Origin: an uncultured Fibrobacterota bacterium
Lineage (GTDB): Bacteria > Fibrobacterota > Chitinivibrionia > Chitinivibrionales > FEN-1185
DNA length: 64,000 bases
Assembly (NCBI GenBank): GCA_963729895.1
Contig: CAVSQB010000003.1
Location: 64,001-128,000, forward strand
Direction of reading: 5' to 3'
Below are positions 46,699 through 56,937 of this stretch, one piece after another. The notes under the pieces were generated by a model that was not told the origin of the DNA, searched no databases, and was given only the letters and a program-made list of their open reading frames with translations. The first letter of the stretch is position 1, and the number at the start of each line of letters is the position of its first letter. Made by a program: the position numbers and the translations under genes.

Positions 46699-49533
46699 AT
46701 GTTTAAGCGTATTAGCACTATAGCGATTGCGCTCTTGGTTGCAGGCACTGTTTCCGGCTTTGCCCAAACCTACACGCCTGATTCAAGCAACAGGGTTACG
46801 ATCAATTTGGGCGCCACGGCGTGGAAGATGATCACCTCCGATCCCACGGGCGCGCAGGCCCCAACGTACAACGACGCGGCAGGCGCTGACGTGGGCATTC
46901 CGCAATGCATGGCCCAGGATCAGACGTTTGTCAACAATGCGTCGGGAGGCGGAAACCTTCCCGGCGGACCCTACTGGTACCGCAAGGCGTTTACTCTTGA
47001 CCCATCCTATTCCGGCAGAAAGGTTTTTCTGGAATTCGAGGGAGTTCATCTCGGCTGCCAGGTGTACGTGAACGGCACGATGCTGCCCACCACAAGTACC
47101 ATAAATCCCCAGGCCACGCACGTGATCGGATTCGTCGGCTTTACGAACGACATAACAAGCCTTGTTAAATTCGACGGCACCAATAACGTGATCGCTGTCC
47201 GAGTTGCAATGAACGCCGCCTGGTTTGCCGACCCGGGATTTTCAACGGTGTTCAGGTTCGGTCAGGGAGATGGCGGGCCTTTCCGGCCGGTGTGGCTGCA
47301 CATCACCGACAATGTCCACATTCCCACAAATGAATACTCGGGGACGCAACAATGGGGAACCTATGCCGCCACGACAAACGTCTCGGCCGACGGTTCACAG
47401 GCGACGGTGCGGATCCTCACCAACGTGCAGAACGATAACACAACCGCCCAGGCCGTCACTCTCACAACGAAAGTCGTTGACGCATCCAACAGCATCGTTG
47501 CGCTTTCCCAGGACGCAAGCCAAACCATCGCGGCAGGATCAAACTGCATTTTCGATCAGACCGGCACCGTCAACAATCCGAAGCTTTGGTACCCTAACAA
47601 TTCTCCCTACGGTAAGCCAAATCTTTACACGATTTATCACATAGTGAAAATCGGCACCACCGTGGTTGATCTTGCGCAGACCACCTTCGGCATACGCACG
47701 ATCACCTGGGACGAAAACTTCCCCTATATCAATGGTCACGAGCATCACTTGTACGGCGCCGCCTCCCGGTACGATTACCCCGCGCTCGGCACGGCCGTGC
47801 CTCCTGCGCTCCAATGGCGTGATGCAAAATTGCTCGCGGCTATCGGCGGCAACCTCTGGAGGCCCGGCCATTCGTCTTGCAGCAGGGAATTCGTGGAGGC
47901 TTGCGACGCTTACGGCATCATGCTCATCCAGCCCAGCGGCGAAGGCGAGGGAGCTTTCTCCGATGGAGCGAATGCGACCGCGTCCCGTCTCATTCTCAAG
48001 AAAGAGATCCACCGGGACATGATCATCCGGGACCGCAGCGATCCGAGCATTCTCGCATGGGAAGCCTCAAACGGCGACATGGATTCGCTCTATGCCGACA
48101 CCTTGAGAACCCTCAGCACGACGTGGGACTCGCTCGCGCCAAGGGTAATTTCGCTTCGGGGCAAGCCTTTCAAGAAAGGCCCCATCGATCTTCACGGGTG
48201 CACGCTTACCGGTTGCGACGCGCAGCAGAAGCCGCTTAATCCGTACTGGCCGTGGTGGGGATCTGAATACTGGGGCCCGCAAAGTTCCCGTTTCGCGTAT
48301 AATTACCAAATTCAATTTTGCGGCGACTTTCTCCACGATTGGGCAGCCGGCATAAAGAACAATACCTTCGGCATGTGCCAATGGTACCTTATGGAGACGC
48401 CCGGCGAAGAAGGCACTTTCCTGGAAGGCGGACCTACGCCGCGATCGTTCGGTTCCTCGATGATGGATTTCAGCCGCATTCCTAAGTTCCTCTATTATCA
48501 ATATGGCGTGTGCTGGGTCCCCTATGCCACCCAACCAAGGATTGCGATTGCAAATCACTGGAACCGGTCGGCGGGAAACGTGAGGGTGGACGTGTGGAGC
48601 AACTGTCCTTCGGTTCGCCTCAGCCTTAACGGAACCGTCGTCGGCACGCAGGCGCCAAACGGCCAGCAAGGCCCAGCCGGCGGAATAAACGACGTGAGCA
48701 ATACCGCCACGGATTTGCCGTTTCAGTGCACATTCCCCAGCGTTGCGTGGCAGGCCGGCACACTCAAAGCGGAAGGGCTTGACGCCAACGGCAATGTGCA
48801 ATGCGTCGATTCACAGGTGACGGCAGGCGCTCCTGACCACATAGTGCTTACCCAGCAGCAAAACATCACGAAACCCAACGGTGAAACGTTCAACGTCACG
48901 GCAAACGGGACCGATGCCGCGGTCATTCTTGCGACGATTGTTGACGCAAATGGCAACTGGTGCCCAACCGACACTGGCATAATCACCTGGAGCGTGGCCG
49001 GACCTGCCACGTATCGGGGCGGAAGCGACGAGTTTGTAACCGCGGGTCAGGGTTACGGCTATCACGCTCCGCTGGACCCCAATCTCGATATAGAGGGCGG
49101 CAAGGCATCTGTCGCGGTGCGGTCGCAGTTTACAACAGGGGCGGTTACCGTGAGCGCCACAGTGGCCGGCCTTCCCCAGCCGACTGCCACCACTTCGTTT
49201 AACATAATGCCGGTTTCCGATATGGTGGTCGTGGCAAACCCGGCCCGTCCTTCAGCGCTTTCGGGCAATCCGGCCATGGCGAGGATTTACGTCGCAGGCA
49301 GCCTTGTGCGCTATTACCTTCCCGCCGTGTCAAACGTGTCGGCCGACATTCTCAACGCTCACGGCCAGACCGTGCGCAGGCTGCAAGCATCGTCTCAGGC
49401 GGCAGGCTGGCATTCCTTCAGAATTGATTCACAACTGGCAGCCCTTGATAATAGTGTCTCGGGAGTCTATTTTGTGAAGCTGATGGTGAACGGATCGCCC
49501 CTTGAGGCGCAGAAAATTGTGTTGATGCGCTGA
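46699..49533 (+). CDS. Glycoside hydrolase family 2, secreted, with C-terminal Ig/sorting domain
   Basis: WYRKAF, KVFLEFEGV, FGIRTI, RDRSDPSILAWE.SN; signal peptide. Confidence 0.88.
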   Translation: MFKRISTIAIALLVAGTVSGFAQTYTPDSSNRVTINLGATAWKMITSDPTGAQAPTYNDAAGADVGIPQCMAQDQTFVNNASGGGNLPGGPYWYRKAFTLDPSYSGRKVFLEFEGVHLGCQVYVNGTMLPTTSTINPQATHVIGFVGFTNDITSLVKFDGTNNVIAVRVAMNAAWFADPGFSTVFRFGQGDGGPFRPVWLHITDNVHIPTNEYSGTQQWGTYAATTNVSADGSQATVRILTNVQNDNTTAQAVTLTTKVVDASNSIVALSQDASQTIAAGSNCIFDQTGTVNNPKLWYPNNSPYGKPNLYTIYHIVKIGTTVVDLAQTTFGIRTITWDENFPYINGHEHHLYGAASRYDYPALGTAVPPALQWRDAKLLAAIGGNLWRPGHSSCSREFVEACDAYGIMLIQPSGEGEGAFSDGANATASRLILKKEIHRDMIIRDRSDPSILAWEASNGDMDSLYADTLRTLSTTWDSLAPRVISLRGKPFKKGPIDLHGCTLTGCDAQQKPLNPYWPWWGSEYWGPQSSRFAYNYQIQFCGDFLHDWAAGIKNNTFGMCQWYLMETPGEEGTFLEGGPTPRSFGSSMMDFSRIPKFLYYQYGVCWVPYATQPRIAIANHWNRSAGNVRVDVWSNCPSVRLSLNGTVVGTQAPNGQQGPAGGINDVSNTATDLPFQCTFPSVAWQAGTLKAEGLDANGNVQCVDSQVTAGAPDHIVLTQQQNITKPNGETFNVTANGTDAAVILATIVDANGNWCPTDTGIITWSVAGPATYRGGSDEFVTAGQGYGYHAPLDPNLDIEGGKASVAVRSQFTTGAVTVSATVAGLPQPTATTSFNIMPVSDMVVVANPARPSALSGNPAMARIYVAGSLVRYYLPAVSNVSADILNAHGQTVRRLQASSQAAGWHSFRIDSQLAALDNSVSGVYFVKLMVNGSPLEAQKIVLMR

Positions 49534-49816
49534 GGTAAGGCATCGGCCTAAAGGTGCTGAGGGACTTGACGCATTTTTGAGATTGAGCGGGGGATTTCGT
49601 CGAATCGTTTCCGCTTCCGGAACGACTGGCGGGTCCCCCCACCTTTTTTGGTGGGTCATGATCTTTCTAGAACTTTTCGACACTTTCCCTTCAAGTAAAC
49701 AACCTCGGCGAAAGGAGATTGCCCGCGCAGGAACATCACAATGGTTTTCTTTGCAACTCGCCTTGGGAAGCCAATTTTTTCTTATATACTCTTTTGAGCT
49801 CAAAAGATCGTAGATG

Positions 49817-49902
49817 TGTTCGCAAATTCATCATGTTCGCAAATATTTGACAATTGTATCTTATTAAATATCATTGTATTACAGATCAACATGTTCGCAA
49901 AT
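49817..49902 (+). promoter_or_regulatory. Promoter flanked by three TGTTCGCAAAT operator-like repeats
   Basis: Repeats at 49817, 49834 and 49892; TTGACA at 49847, 16 bp, TATCAT at 49869. Confidence 0.65.
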
Positions 49903-50148
49903 AGACATGGCATTATTGAAGAAATACCTCACCTTGCTCATATTTATCAGTATATTATAGATGAAAAAGGGACAAATACAAAAAAACAAATAGTATTTCT
50001 GGAAAGATAACCGTACAATTTTATTGAGTGCCAAACCAAAACGCGCATGTTGAAAAATCGGGTATCAAATATTCGAATACCATAAAACATACCTGGTCAC
50101 TTTATCGGTTAAACAACCTACCCACCCCCTTTAAGGAGGCTTGTTTAA

Positions 50149-52410
50149 ATGAAAAACGCATCCACAACGATTCTTCTCTTGGTTTCTGTTGTTTTCGGCC
50201 AGAACGTCAACATTTCGGGTAAGGTGACGAACACAGGCGGGCAGCCGATCCAAGGGGCCATGGTACAAATATTTTCAACGCCAATGGCATGTACTACAAA
50301 GGCTGACGGTACGTATCTGCTGTCAGGGTCCACGCACACGATCGGCATGAACTCGGCGCAACTGGTTCCAAATAGCATCACGTACCAGAATCATTCATTT
50401 ACCTTTACGGTTTCGGCTGCGGCAACGGCCAGTGCCAAACTCTACGACCTCGCCGGACGCACTGTGGCTGAGATTTTTAACGGTCGCCTGAACCAGGGGG
50501 TGAACCGAGTCCCATTTTCAATGGAGGGCATCGGCCGCACGATGCTGCTTCTGCGCACAAAGATAGGCGATGTCAACGGTACCTACATGCTCAATCCCGC
50601 GGTACCCGCCTCGTTCGCGATCCGCTCTTCGTCCCGCATCAGCGGCAGTTTGTCCAAGACCATGGCGCTCGATTGGTTGCAGGCGAGCAAGACGGGATAC
50701 TTAACCGATATCCAGACCATAAGCTCGTATACCGGCATCGTCAATTGTACCTTGTCAACGATCGCCGCAGGCGCCCCTAATTTCGGCCCCAATGTCCATA
50801 TTTTCGATCCTACAATGGTGATGAGCACAATTCAATCCACCATGGACGGTCTTGTCGGTTCCACCGGGCAATTCAGCTCGCAACGCACCGCATTCCTGTT
50901 CAAGCCCGGCAGTTACTCGTTGACCATAACGGTTGACTATTACATTCAGGCATACGGCCTGGGGATGTCTCCCGAAGACGTGCAGATAACGGGCGCGGTG
51001 CAGGCAACGAACGGAGGTACCGGTTCATTCTGGCGGGGCGCGGAAGGCTTTTCCGTTACGCCTACCGGCGGGACCGATGTGTGGGCAGTATCGCAGGCCG
51101 ACCCCTTCCGGCGCATGCATGTCAAAGGCGCGTTGAGTATTTGCAACAGCGGCGCAAGCGGCGGCTTCATATCCGATTCCAAAATCGACGGTGCGATAAC
51201 CACTGGTTGTGCACAACAGTTCTACATACGAAACAGTGTCGTCAATGGAGCCAATGCCGGTGGTATCTGGAACTTTTTGTTCCAGGGATGCGACAATCCT
51301 CCGGCCGAGACGTGGCCGACGGGCGGGATAAGTGTGGTCGCCAGTACGCCGCTGGTGCGCGAAAAACCGTACCTTGTGTTCGACAACACTTCCGGATTGT
51401 ACTCCGTTTTCGTTCCGGCGCTTCGCACCAATTCTCAGGGAATCACCTGGGGAAACGGCACTCCGGCAGGCGTGTTGATGCCCATTGACCAGTTCTATAT
51501 TGCACTTGCCGGCACCGACAACGCCGCAACGATTAACGCAGCGCTTGCCCAAGGAAAGAACCTTATCCTCACCCCTGGTATCTACATACTCAATACCCCT
51601 ATACTTGTCCAGCGTCCCGGTACCGTGGTACTTGGCCTGGGCATGCCCACGCTGCAGGCGCAAAACGGCTCGACCGTTCTCAAGACCGCGGACGTGGACG
51701 GCATCGACGTCGCCAATATATTATATGAAGCCGGCTCTGGTGGTAATTCGCCCGTTTTGCTCCAGATAGGCGATTCCGGCAGCGCAGTGGACCACAGCGC
51801 GAATCCGCCCATCGTCCACGATCTCTTCCTCCGCTGTGGCGGCTCCGTTGTCGGCACATGCACAATCGGCGCAATCTTCAACAGCAACAACACCATCCTC
51901 GATCATTCCTGGATCTGGCGCGCCGACCATGGTGCAGGCGCGGGATGGAATACCGACTCAACCATTATCAGAGATGGGCTCTACATCAACGGCAACAATT
52001 GCATCACATACGGACAGATGGTGGAGCATTGGCAAAGGTACAACACAGTCTGGAACGGCGACAACGGCCAGCAGTATTTCTATCAGAATGAGCTTCCCTA
52101 CGACGTGCCGAACCAGGCGTCGTGGATGGAAGGCACTGTCCCTGGAATACCTGCCATCAAGTTGACCGACCGGGCTACGAAATTTTATGGATGGGGGCTT
52201 GGCATCTATTCCTACATGAGGAGGGCCGCGATCACAACCACCAATGCCATCGAAACCCCCAAGGTGCCGGGAGTATCGGTCCATCGTGTCGTCACCTTTG
52301 CGCTTGGCGGAGACCAGGGAACGATTTTGCATGCGATAAACGACACGGGGGCGGCGGTAAAGAATCCAAGTCCCACGATGATCAGATTCGGGGATTATGT
52401 AGGACATTGA
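50149..52410 (+). CDS. Bacterial GH55-like beta-1,3-glucanase with N-terminal accessory domains
   Basis: NFGPNV.IFDP, FWRGAE, WAVSQA.PFRRMH, WIWRADHG, VEH, FYQNELPYD. Confidence 0.82.
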   Translation: MKNASTTILLLVSVVFGQNVNISGKVTNTGGQPIQGAMVQIFSTPMACTTKADGTYLLSGSTHTIGMNSAQLVPNSITYQNHSFTFTVSAAATASAKLYDLAGRTVAEIFNGRLNQGVNRVPFSMEGIGRTMLLLRTKIGDVNGTYMLNPAVPASFAIRSSSRISGSLSKTMALDWLQASKTGYLTDIQTISSYTGIVNCTLSTIAAGAPNFGPNVHIFDPTMVMSTIQSTMDGLVGSTGQFSSQRTAFLFKPGSYSLTITVDYYIQAYGLGMSPEDVQITGAVQATNGGTGSFWRGAEGFSVTPTGGTDVWAVSQADPFRRMHVKGALSICNSGASGGFISDSKIDGAITTGCAQQFYIRNSVVNGANAGGIWNFLFQGCDNPPAETWPTGGISVVASTPLVREKPYLVFDNTSGLYSVFVPALRTNSQGITWGNGTPAGVLMPIDQFYIALAGTDNAATINAALAQGKNLILTPGIYILNTPILVQRPGTVVLGLGMPTLQAQNGSTVLKTADVDGIDVANILYEAGSGGNSPVLLQIGDSGSAVDHSANPPIVHDLFLRCGGSVVGTCTIGAIFNSNNTILDHSWIWRADHGAGAGWNTDSTIIRDGLYINGNNCITYGQMVEHWQRYNTVWNGDNGQQYFYQNELPYDVPNQASWMEGTVPGIPAIKLTDRATKFYGWGLGIYSYMRRAAITTTNAIETPKVPGVSVHRVVTFALGGDQGTILHAINDTGAAVKNPSPTMIRFGDYVGH

Positions 52411-52436
52411 TAACAGATTTGAGAAGATTTTGAGTG

Positions 52437-52464
52437 AAAGGGTGATCAGAAGATCACCCTTTTT
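52437..52464 (+). terminator. Rho-independent terminator
   Basis: AAAGGGTGATC-AGAA-GATCACCCTTT plus T tail. Confidence 0.8.
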
Positions 52465-53052
52465 CTTATTTATCAAAGAGTAATTAATGCTGGTAGGGCC
52501 TCGCCGGCCCTAAAACCCGGCAAAGAAAATGCTTATTATAACAACCCCCGGCGGCCAAGGCGCCGCCACCCCCTTGGAAAGGGGGAAAACTCATTCCGGA
52601 ACCCCCAACTTGTTCTTCACGAATGGAATACTGATACGCTCAGTGCTCGGGCGGCAAAAGGCAGGAGGTATAATAATGAAGCGCGAAGCGCTATTACCTT
52701 ACCTTGGGGAATACAATGACAATTCGCTTTGGCGCACCCTTCGGTCCACCTGGGCAGAAGAAACTGCCATATTTGTCAAAACGGCCTGCGGCAATATTTG
52801 CACTTGAGGAATAGCGTTGATATGACGAAACGCGTTGGATCTTAGTTTAGGACGGACGCAGGGTCGAACGGATACAACATCTTTGCTTCAAAACTGCCGC
52901 TCCGAAGGTGCGCGCAACGGGTGTTCCGGTCTTGCCACAGGCCCAACTCCGCCGCACTCCGCGAAGCTCCCAAAAGCATTTTAATTAATTGATTGCGGCA
53001 ATCCATTGTCAGACAAACACTATTTCAGCACACACGACCGATCAAAATTCTT

Positions 53053-53953
53053 GGTGATTATAAAACATCTTGCACAGGAATTATCTTGTGCATATGGGCT
53101 TTAGTCAATTAGAAACCTTTGAATTCATAGGGAAAACTGAAAACAGGGCAAAATTGTTCCTCAGAAAGTTCTGTTGGAAAAATGGCCATGTTTTCTGCAT
53201 CAATTGTAACAGCCATAAAATCTATCGTTTAAAAGGTAAAAAGTTCAGGTGCAAACGATGCGGAAATACCTTTCATGACTTCTCGAATCGGTGGATTGGT
53301 CAGTGCCGCGTCCCTCTGAAAAAGCTGCTGTGGATCATTAAGCTCTTTGAACTGGAAGTCTCAGCACGCAGGATAGCAACTCAGATCGGTTTGAGCTATC
53401 CCACGGTCTTGCGGATGTGTAATCTCATCCGAAGGGCCTTGATGGTCGCTGAAAGCGATTTCTGGCTCTCTGGAGAGGTTGAGCTCGATGAATCCTACTT
53501 CGGCGGCAGGCGTAAAGGTAAACGTGGCCGGGGTGCTGCCGGAAAGGTTCCCGTCTTTGGTATCCTGGAGAGACACGGAAAAGTGAAGGTGACAGTAGTA
53601 AAAAACGTCACTGCCGAAAGCCTGTTGACTGAGACTGTGAAAATGGTCAGACGAGGCTCCATCATTTACACTGACAAATTCCGCGGCTATGACGCCCTGA
53701 TGTTCTGCGGTTATCGGCATTTGAGAGTCGACCATGGGAAAAGATTTGCCACAGGCAAAGTTTATATTAACGGTTTGGAAGGCTTCTGGAGCTATGCTAA
53801 GGAACGTCTTGCAAAGTTCCATGGAGTCTCCAAAGAATACTTTCCAGGGTATCTGAACGAAATGGCTTTTCGGTACAATCATCGTCATGAAAATTTCTTT
53901 GAAAAACTTGTCAAAATGATCACTAATTTGGTGCAAGATCCTTTATAATTACC
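53053..53953 (+). mobile_element. IS1595-family insertion sequence, complete, 901 bp
   Basis: Imperfect 23-bp IRs GGT(G/A)ATTATAAA(AC/GG)ATCTTGCAC; 8-bp TSD AAATTCTT at 53045-53052 and 53954-53961. Confidence 0.95.
53094..53948 (+). CDS. IS1595-family transposase (Zn ribbon, HTH, DDE)
   Basis: CINC..CKRC Zn ribbon; ELDESYFGG; IYTD; NGLEGFW. Confidence 0.93.
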   Translation: MGFSQLETFEFIGKTENRAKLFLRKFCWKNGHVFCINCNSHKIYRLKGKKFRCKRCGNTFHDFSNRWIGQCRVPLKKLLWIIKLFELEVSARRIATQIGLSYPTVLRMCNLIRRALMVAESDFWLSGEVELDESYFGGRRKGKRGRGAAGKVPVFGILERHGKVKVTVVKNVTAESLLTETVKMVRRGSIIYTDKFRGYDALMFCGYRHLRVDHGKRFATGKVYINGLEGFWSYAKERLAKFHGVSKEYFPGYLNEMAFRYNHRHENFFEKLVKMITNLVQDPL

Positions 53954-54220
53954 AAATTCTTTACTCACCAATTCCAATTTCTTCTTCCTCCCCAACTTCT
54001 TGACTTCATATTCCCGACTCATCGCCTGTCCCCGCGTCCCGCATTTTTCAACATACCTGAGCGCTACGGGCAAATGCGCCCTGGTATATTTCGCTCCCCT
54101 GCCCGCCTTATGCGCGGCAAGCCGCTTCCGCACGTCATTTGAAATCCCCGTGTACAAGGAGCCGTCGCGGCATTCCAGTATGTAAATAGACCACGCAGCT
54201 TTCCGGCGTTTGCGGGCCAT
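53885..54220 (-). CDS. GIY-YIG nuclease (UPF0213-like), C-terminus extended into the IS
   Basis: IYILECRDGSLYTGISND..R...H..GRGAKYTR; ATG 54220 abuts the upstream gene's stop. Confidence 0.88.
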   Translation of the reverse strand: MARKRRKAAWSIYILECRDGSLYTGISNDVRKRLAAHKAGRGAKYTRAHLPVALRYVEKCGTRGQAMSREYEVKKLGRKKKLELVSKEFGNYKGSCTKLVIILTSFSKKFS

Positions 54221-56856
54221 CAAAAAATCGACAATTTGTTAAGCGTTCGTTCTCCTGCCTGTGTCATTTCGAGTAAATAGATACCTTTACTTAATGAGGA
54301 TGTTTCGAGAATAAGGCCGGCAGACGGTACCTTCCGGGTATTGATCACCCGAACAACCTTGCCGGAACAGTTCAAAAGCTTGACAACCGCGCCCACCGTT
54401 GCGTCCGTTCCGGAAATGGAAATAATGAAGTTTCCATTGGAAAGTTTCTTTATCGCCATCCGCCCCGCGTAGCGGGATCCGGCTTGCGAACCCGGACCGA
54501 TTGGCGAGACAACGCCGACTCCGGAACGGATTCCGTATAAAAATCCGTATAAAGCAATTTTCCCCCGCATGGTCTGCTGCGGCGTAAATTCGGAATGGGC
54601 ATATACATAACGGGTATTGAAATAGACCTCGCCAACAGGCCAGGTCGAATTGGTAGGATAGCTGAAGGCCGTCATCCAGCTTGGATTGCCCATAACCATG
54701 CCGCCTCCCCAATCGACGACATTGAAGTACGGGGTCATTCCAGGATGCTGGCCCGGAGTACCGTCATTCTGGCCTGAGATGTACATGGCGTCGACACTGC
54801 GTTTTGTGGAAAGCGGTGTTGATGCTGTGGTCATCTGGATCAGATTCGCCGGATTTCTGCCGAGTCCCCAGTCAGCTTCCAATATCAGGGCATTCTCCAG
54901 GAAATCTTTGTCCGCCTGGGTCGTCGCAACCGCACGCGCAAGGATAGTCCGCTGGACATTCTGCTCGGTATGGAACCACCCTGTATTATTGTCGGTCGAA
55001 CGCCGTGAAGGCCTGATGGTACTGTAGTTGGCCTCGCTGTTTTTCGCCTCGTTGATTATCGAGGCTTTCATATTGCTAAACAAGGTAGGATAATTGACGG
55101 TACGGTTGGTGAAAAGATACGCGGCGGTCGCCCACAGCTGGTTATAGGCGGTTACATCTATGATTGTGGAGGTCGCGTTGGTAACCTTGCTTTCGGCATT
55201 GATTTCGTTTTCATAAACCGTGTTTCCCGTTACATTGTAAAGGTACGCGGCGGCCAACATCTTAAGGTCTCTGCCCCGCACATAGCCGTCGCCGATTCCT
55301 TGTTCAAAGTCAAGCATCTGATCGGCGAGTCCCCCGGCAAAATTGTACGCATTGACGGCCGAGTCCCGGTAGGTGTTCATGTACGTTGTGAGACCGGCAA
55401 TGCGGAACGCCTCGGCCAGCATCGCGCTGTTGGCGGCGCTGGCCCATGCCGCAAGTGCGTTAGCTCCGGCCTGATAAAAAACATTGCTGCTGTTGGGGTT
55501 CGTGAGTCCGTACCCGTATGCCTGGCCGTCGCGCAGGTTCAGCCAGAAATCAACTTCGTTTCTTGCTTCATCGATGATGTCCGGAATGCCGTTGCCGCTC
55601 TCCGGTATGCCGAGGTTGTCGTCGGAAATAGCGCCGTTCGTTAGTATAAAAGGCAGAAGCATATCGTAAATATTTGAAATGTGGCTCATGTTCCTGTCCC
55701 AGTCGGCCGCGTCCGCATGCCCGCCGATTGCCCGCATGTTTGTCCTGCCCGTGGAATAGGGAGCCCACGCATCGGGATTATCATACACATCCCCGCCGGA
55801 AAAGGTCGTCCAATTGGCATTGGTCGGCTCCATGGTGGTGATATAGACAACCGTGCTGGGCGGGTTGACACCCGGTATATACAACGGACGCCGCGGAACC
55901 GGCCGTATGCCGACGCTGTCCTGGCCGATGCGCATGTAGAAATAGCCGCGTTCATTTACCATAAACGGATCGTGATACACGTCATCGGCGATCTCAAAAT
56001 CCTGGCTGCAGCCGACTCCGTCAATTGCCAGTCGGTATGTTCCCGGCGTGTAATTGCCTGTAAAATCGGCTTTCCACACATTGGACATGGTAAAATTGTA
56101 CCCCTGCGCTTCGCCGGCGCTTGCTTTCCAGAAAGCAACCGTAGCCACCTGCTGCGATGTCTGGGTGACGGTGTTGTACAGGTAGACATTATTTCCCTGG
56201 AAACCCGTGTAATCTCTGGCGCCGCCATCGCCCAGCCAACAGTAAAGGTCGGCGGCTTTTATGCTCGCGGCATTCGAATAGCCCACAAGATTGACATGCA
56301 CGGCTTCGGAACGGCTGTTGTAAATATCATACGTAAATGTCTTTGAAGTGGAATCGGCATTGGTGTTTGCGTTGATCTGAAGGGTATAGGTTTTTCCCTG
56401 TACCATGGAACTGGGCAGTTTCAGATAAATGGAGTGCTCCATGGTGTGCAAATAGGCAAAATCGCTGCCTGTCCAACTGCCCTCGTACATGCCGTTGAGT
56501 TTTGATTTCCTGGAGCAGCTGGTGGGCGCCAGTCCCGCCGCGCCGTACGCAACATCGTCGGTTGAGGTAAGTTTCCAGGAGGCGGTCGCTACGGCATTGG
56601 CGGTATTGAGGGCAGTACCATAATTTACAACGTAATTTTTACTCGCATCGTGGCCAAGATTAAGAAAAGCCGTCGGCCCCAAACCATCATCCACAAAGTC
56701 GACGTCGCCGTCTTTGAAATACACCTGGAGGTACTCCTTGTCAACAACTTTCACTTCCGCAAGCATTGACGCCTGCAAAGCCTGAAAGAATGAAAGGAAC
56801 AGGATAAAGCCTGAGATGGAAACAGCATTACGCGCACGGTGCGGATGCCTTGGCAT
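54220..56856 (-). CDS. GH9-like glycoside hydrolase with N-terminal Ig domain and C-terminal sorting domain
   Basis: VHVNLVGY, GGHADAADWD, IPESGNGIPDIIDEA, GRNP, SEFT; tail LSKGIYLL. Confidence 0.78.
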   Translation of the reverse strand: MPRHPHRARNAVSISGFILFLSFFQALQASMLAEVKVVDKEYLQVYFKDGDVDFVDDGLGPTAFLNLGHDASKNYVVNYGTALNTANAVATASWKLTSTDDVAYGAAGLAPTSCSRKSKLNGMYEGSWTGSDFAYLHTMEHSIYLKLPSSMVQGKTYTLQINANTNADSTSKTFTYDIYNSRSEAVHVNLVGYSNAASIKAADLYCWLGDGGARDYTGFQGNNVYLYNTVTQTSQQVATVAFWKASAGEAQGYNFTMSNVWKADFTGNYTPGTYRLAIDGVGCSQDFEIADDVYHDPFMVNERGYFYMRIGQDSVGIRPVPRRPLYIPGVNPPSTVVYITTMEPTNANWTTFSGGDVYDNPDAWAPYSTGRTNMRAIGGHADAADWDRNMSHISNIYDMLLPFILTNGAISDDNLGIPESGNGIPDIIDEARNEVDFWLNLRDGQAYGYGLTNPNSSNVFYQAGANALAAWASAANSAMLAEAFRIAGLTTYMNTYRDSAVNAYNFAGGLADQMLDFEQGIGDGYVRGRDLKMLAAAYLYNVTGNTVYENEINAESKVTNATSTIIDVTAYNQLWATAAYLFTNRTVNYPTLFSNMKASIINEAKNSEANYSTIRPSRRSTDNNTGWFHTEQNVQRTILARAVATTQADKDFLENALILEADWGLGRNPANLIQMTTASTPLSTKRSVDAMYISGQNDGTPGQHPGMTPYFNVVDWGGGMVMGNPSWMTAFSYPTNSTWPVGEVYFNTRYVYAHSEFTPQQTMRGKIALYGFLYGIRSGVGVVSPIGPGSQAGSRYAGRMAIKKLSNGNFIISISGTDATVGAVVKLLNCSGKVVRVINTRKVPSAGLILETSSLSKGIYLLEMTQAGERTLNKLSIF

Positions 56857-56937
56857 AGGTACCCCTTTTTTGATAGTCTCTTGAGGTGGAAGCGCCGACA
56901 GATGCAATATAGTTGTCACCGCAAGGAGAGTCACTAA

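Noticed and set aside
49429..49813. Short ORFs between the GH2 and GH55 genes
   Set aside because: No motif support and overlap with the GH2 3' end; treated as intergenic.
1..53953. A 54-kb composite transposon bounded by the two IS1595 copies
   Set aside because: Copy 2 has its own intact 8-bp TSD on both sides, copy 1 has a different right flank, and the interior holds core genes (lysS, lolDE). These are independent insertions.
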